Source: an uncultured Actinomycetes bacterium (GTDB taxonomy: Bacteria; Actinomycetota; Thermoleophilia; Gaiellales; JALYLC01). Taken from it: a DNA stretch of 64,000 bases. Location: positions 1,722-65,721 of the forward strand of contig CAWJTT010000023.1 in the NCBI GenBank assembly GCA_963845865.1, in the 5' to 3' direction. The translations under genes and the position numbers were made by a program. The notes beneath the pieces were generated by a model. That model was not told where the DNA came from. It saw only the letters and a program-made list of their open reading frames with translations, and did not search any database. Of this stretch, positions 61,590-64,000 are shown piece by piece; the first letter of the stretch is position 1; every line of letters begins with the position of its first letter.

Positions 61590-62296
61590 TCGCGGCGCTC
61601 GGCTGCGGCGGCGCCCTGGCGCCCGCCAGCGCCGCCGCGACGTGCGCCGCCGGGGCGATCGAACACGTCGGCACGGAGAACGTGCGGCTGAGCGTCGAGC
61701 TCTCCCGGGGCAAGCTGACCGCGCGCATCGCCCCGAGCGAGGATGCCCCCGCGTTGCGGACGTTCGGGCCGCGCACGCCCGAAGGCGTCTCGCGCGTCTT
61801 CCTCGTGCGCCGGCGCGCCCTGGGGGCGAACTGCGCCGCCGCCTGGTACGAGGTCGATCTCCCGATCCGCCCCAACGGCGTACGCGGCTGGGTTCCCGCT
61901 GCGGGCCTGCGTCCGTACATCGTGCGCTGGCGACTGCGCATCGAGCTCGGCCGGCATCGTCTCATCGCCTACGAGGGCGGCCGCGAGCGGCTGCGCCTCA
62001 CGGTCGCCATCGGCCGCCCGGGCACGCCCACGCCGATGGGATCCTTCTACGTGCTGGAGCGGCTCTACCTGACGGATCCGAGCGGGCCCTACGGGCCGGG
62101 CGCGCTCGGGCTCTCGAGCTTCTCTCCGGTGCTCACGGGCTGGACCCGCGGCGGCCCGATCGCGATTCACGGCACGAACCGGGCAGGCACCGTCGGTGCC
62201 GCCGTCTCGAACGGCTGCGTCCGCGTGCGCAACGAGCAGATGCTCCGCCTGCTGCGCGACGTCCCCGCCGGCGCGCCGGTCGAGATCGTGGCCTGA
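61547..62296 (+). CDS. L,D-transpeptidase (YkuD domain); start uncertain
   Basis: The C-terminal catalytic motif is IAIHGTNRAGTVGAAVSNGCVRV. The GTG at 61547 gives a signal-like N-terminus (LRCALVAALGCGGALAPASAAA) and a 43-nt overlap with the upstream gene. Confidence 0.8.
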   Translation: MLGRGNPLPLRCALVAALGCGGALAPASAAATCAAGAIEHVGTENVRLSVELSRGKLTARIAPSEDAPALRTFGPRTPEGVSRVFLVRRRALGANCAAAWYEVDLPIRPNGVRGWVPAAGLRPYIVRWRLRIELGRHRLIAYEGGRERLRLTVAIGRPGTPTPMGSFYVLERLYLTDPSGPYGPGALGLSSFSPVLTGWTRGGPIAIHGTNRAGTVGAAVSNGCVRVRNEQMLRLLRDVPAGAPVEIVA

Positions 62297-62319
62297 CGAG
62301 CCGGGCAGGGTCCTCGACC

Positions 62320-63237
62320 CTAGGACGGCACGCGCAGGCGGAGCGCCTGCGGCGCGATCTCGAACGTCGCGGGAGTCATGCCGGGCAGCTCGCCGTCGAG
62401 CTCGAGCGGGAGTGCGCGATCGGGCTCGACGTGCACCCGCCGCGCGCGCAGCACCGTCACCTTGCGGTGCCCGAGGTGCGTGCCGCGGTAGAGCCGCGGG
62501 AGGTTGAGCGCCAGGTCGAGCTTGCCCACGTCGCCCCAGACGAGTACGTCGAGCAGGCCGTCGTCGGGCTCGGCCTGCGGGCAGATGCGGATCCCGCCCC
62601 CGAACGCCCGCCCATTGGCGCAGATCACGTTGTTGGCCACGAGCTCGAGAGGCGGCTCGTCGTCGACCTGCACGCGGAACGAGACGTTGTGCCAGGCGGC
62701 GAACGTGGCCACGGTCGCATACAGGAACGAGGGTGTGCCGCCCAGACGCTTGGACGTGCGCTCCGCGCGCTCGGCGACGGCGCCGGTCAACCCGCACGAG
62801 CCGATGTTGATGTACCAGCGCGACCCCTCCCCGGCCGCGGCGCGGAAGGTCGCCCGGCCGAGGTCGATCGTGCGCGTACGCCCGCCGCGCAGGAGCTCCA
62901 GCGCCCGCTCCGCCCGCTTGGGGATGCCGTAGGTGCGGATCGTGTCGCGACCGGTGCCGAACGGGAGGATCGCGAGCTCGGGCCCGCGCGCTCCGCCGGG
63001 CGCGAGGCCGTTGACGACCTCGTTGACGGTCCCGTCGCCGCCCATGGCGACGACGAGCTCGCGGCCGTCGGCCGCCGCCGTTGCGGCCAGCTCGGTGGCG
63101 TGCCCGCCCGCCTTGGTGAACACGACGTCCAGCTCGAGCCCGAGCCGGCTCGCGTGCTCCTGGAGCCCCGGCCAGCGACGTCCGGCGGCGCCGTTCTGCG
63201 CCGCCGGGTTGACGATGACGAGCGCTCGCCCCGTCAG
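62320..63237 (-). CDS. Diacylglycerol/lipid kinase family protein (YegS/BmrU type); apparent CTG start
   Basis: The product contains RALVIVNPAAQNG...VVAMGGDGTVNEVVNG...LAILPFGTGRD. The only in-frame candidate at the N-terminus is a CTG overlapping the deoD stop (CTGA). Confidence 0.8.
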   Translation of the reverse strand: MTGRALVIVNPAAQNGAAGRRWPGLQEHASRLGLELDVVFTKAGGHATELAATAAADGRELVVAMGGDGTVNEVVNGLAPGGARGPELAILPFGTGRDTIRTYGIPKRAERALELLRGGRTRTIDLGRATFRAAAGEGSRWYINIGSCGLTGAVAERAERTSKRLGGTPSFLYATVATFAAWHNVSFRVQVDDEPPLELVANNVICANGRAFGGGIRICPQAEPDDGLLDVLVWGDVGKLDLALNLPRLYRGTHLGHRKVTVLRARRVHVEPDRALPLELDGELPGMTPATFEIAPQALRLRVPS

Positions 63238-63953
63238 CTCTTGGCCTTCGCGAGCGCAGTGCGGATTGCGAGCTCGGTCATGCGCTCGACGGCCGCCTGG
63301 AGCTCGGCGTCGGTGATGCGCACGAATTCGCCTTCCACGATGACGTCCGACACCGTCAAGAGGCACGCGGCCTGGATGCGACGCAGAGCCGCAATCGTGA
63401 ACAGGATCGCCGCCTCCATCTCGACCGCGAGCACCCCGCGATCCGACCAGCGCTGCGCGCGGCCTGCGTCGGGGTCGTAGAACGTGCTCGAGGACACGCA
63501 CGGGCCGACGCGGATCCTCGTCCCGTCGTGCTTGGCCTGGTGCACGGCGGCGTGCACCAGCTCGAAGTCGGCCGTGGGGGCATGTGGCTCGCCACCGGTG
63601 TAGGTGAGCATCGTGGCATCACTGGGCACGGCCGAGATCGCCAGCACGAGATCTCCGAGTGCCATGTCGGCCTGCAGGCCGCCGCAGGTGCCGACGCGCA
63701 CGATTCGCTTGACGCCGAGCTGGACGAGCTCCTCGACGACGATCGCGGCGCTCGGGCAGCCCATGCCGGAGGACTGCACCGAGATGGGCGAGCCCTCGAA
63801 CGTGCCGGTGAACCCGAGCATCCCGCGCTCGCCGTTGACCTGGCGAGGGCTGTCGAAGAAGGTCTCGGCAATGTGGCGCGCGCGCAGCGGATCGCCGGGC
63901 AGGAGGACGGCCTCGGCATAGTCGCCGGGCTCGCCGCGAAGATGGATTGGCAT
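63234..63953 (-). CDS. deoD: Purine nucleoside phosphorylase, DeoD type
   Basis: MPIHLRGEPGDYAEAVLLPGDPLRARHIAETF...SVQSSGMGCPSAAIVVEEL...VRVGTCGG...LAVEMEAAILFT. The ORF-track start at 63989 adds 12 aa. Confidence 0.88.
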   Translation of the reverse strand: MPIHLRGEPGDYAEAVLLPGDPLRARHIAETFFDSPRQVNGERGMLGFTGTFEGSPISVQSSGMGCPSAAIVVEELVQLGVKRIVRVGTCGGLQADMALGDLVLAISAVPSDATMLTYTGGEPHAPTADFELVHAAVHQAKHDGTRIRVGPCVSSSTFYDPDAGRAQRWSDRGVLAVEMEAAILFTIAALRRIQAACLLTVSDVIVEGEFVRITDAELQAAVERMTELAIRTALAKAKS

Positions 63954-64000
63954 GACCTGCGACTCTACCGGGCGGGGTGTCTCGGGCACCGCACCTTGCG

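Overview
High-GC (about 70% by eye) bacterial chromosome segment with Actinomycetota-like gene order; the lineage call is an inference. The first 37 kb is one continuous translation and transcription supercluster. It runs rplK (3' end)-rplA-rplJ-rplL, then a 3.6-kb lineage-specific insertion, then rpoB-rpoC. The insertion carries a small HExxH protein and, on the minus strand, a divergent FtsH-like AAA/M41 protease plus a membrane-anchored protein. After rpoC come an intrinsic terminator, about 0.5 kb of structured non-coding DNA and a stand-alone HD-GYP gene. These are followed by rpsL-rpsG-fusA-tuf, the complete S10-spc-alpha operons (rpsJ to rplQ, including secY, adk, map and rpmJ but no infA), two small genes and truA. 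The remaining 27 kb holds housekeeping and accessory genes. They include htpX, a Ca2+/H+ exchanger, surE, HAD phosphatases, ligA, PBP4 (dacB), a 3D-domain wall protein, Nif3, tRNA-Pro(CGG), a P-type ATPase and an SRAP peptidase. Also present are DUF354, a lower-GC islet (HTH/AT-hook protein plus lipoprotein), a decarboxylase-gcdH operon, HhH-GPD, SCP2, a thioesterase, a tandem GNAT, a PQQ sugar dehydrogenase, an L,D-transpeptidase, a lipid kinase and deoD. No CRISPR array, transposase, integrase or recognisable defence system was seen. Three classes of observation stand out. (1) Fifteen reading-frame breaks fall in nine otherwise full-length genes, most of them essential, and they look like consensus indel errors. 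Some are masked because the wrong frame stays open in this GC-rich DNA. (2) There are lineage-specific protein expansions: a roughly 280-aa insertion in the RNA polymerase beta-prime subunit, and long low-complexity tails on L22, S3, S17 and L15. (3) There are unexplained non-coding structures: a 124-bp element with perfect 21-bp inverted arms after nif3, and two SD-uORF-hairpin leaders. All functional calls rest on reading the translated ORFs for family motifs and synteny; no database search was run.
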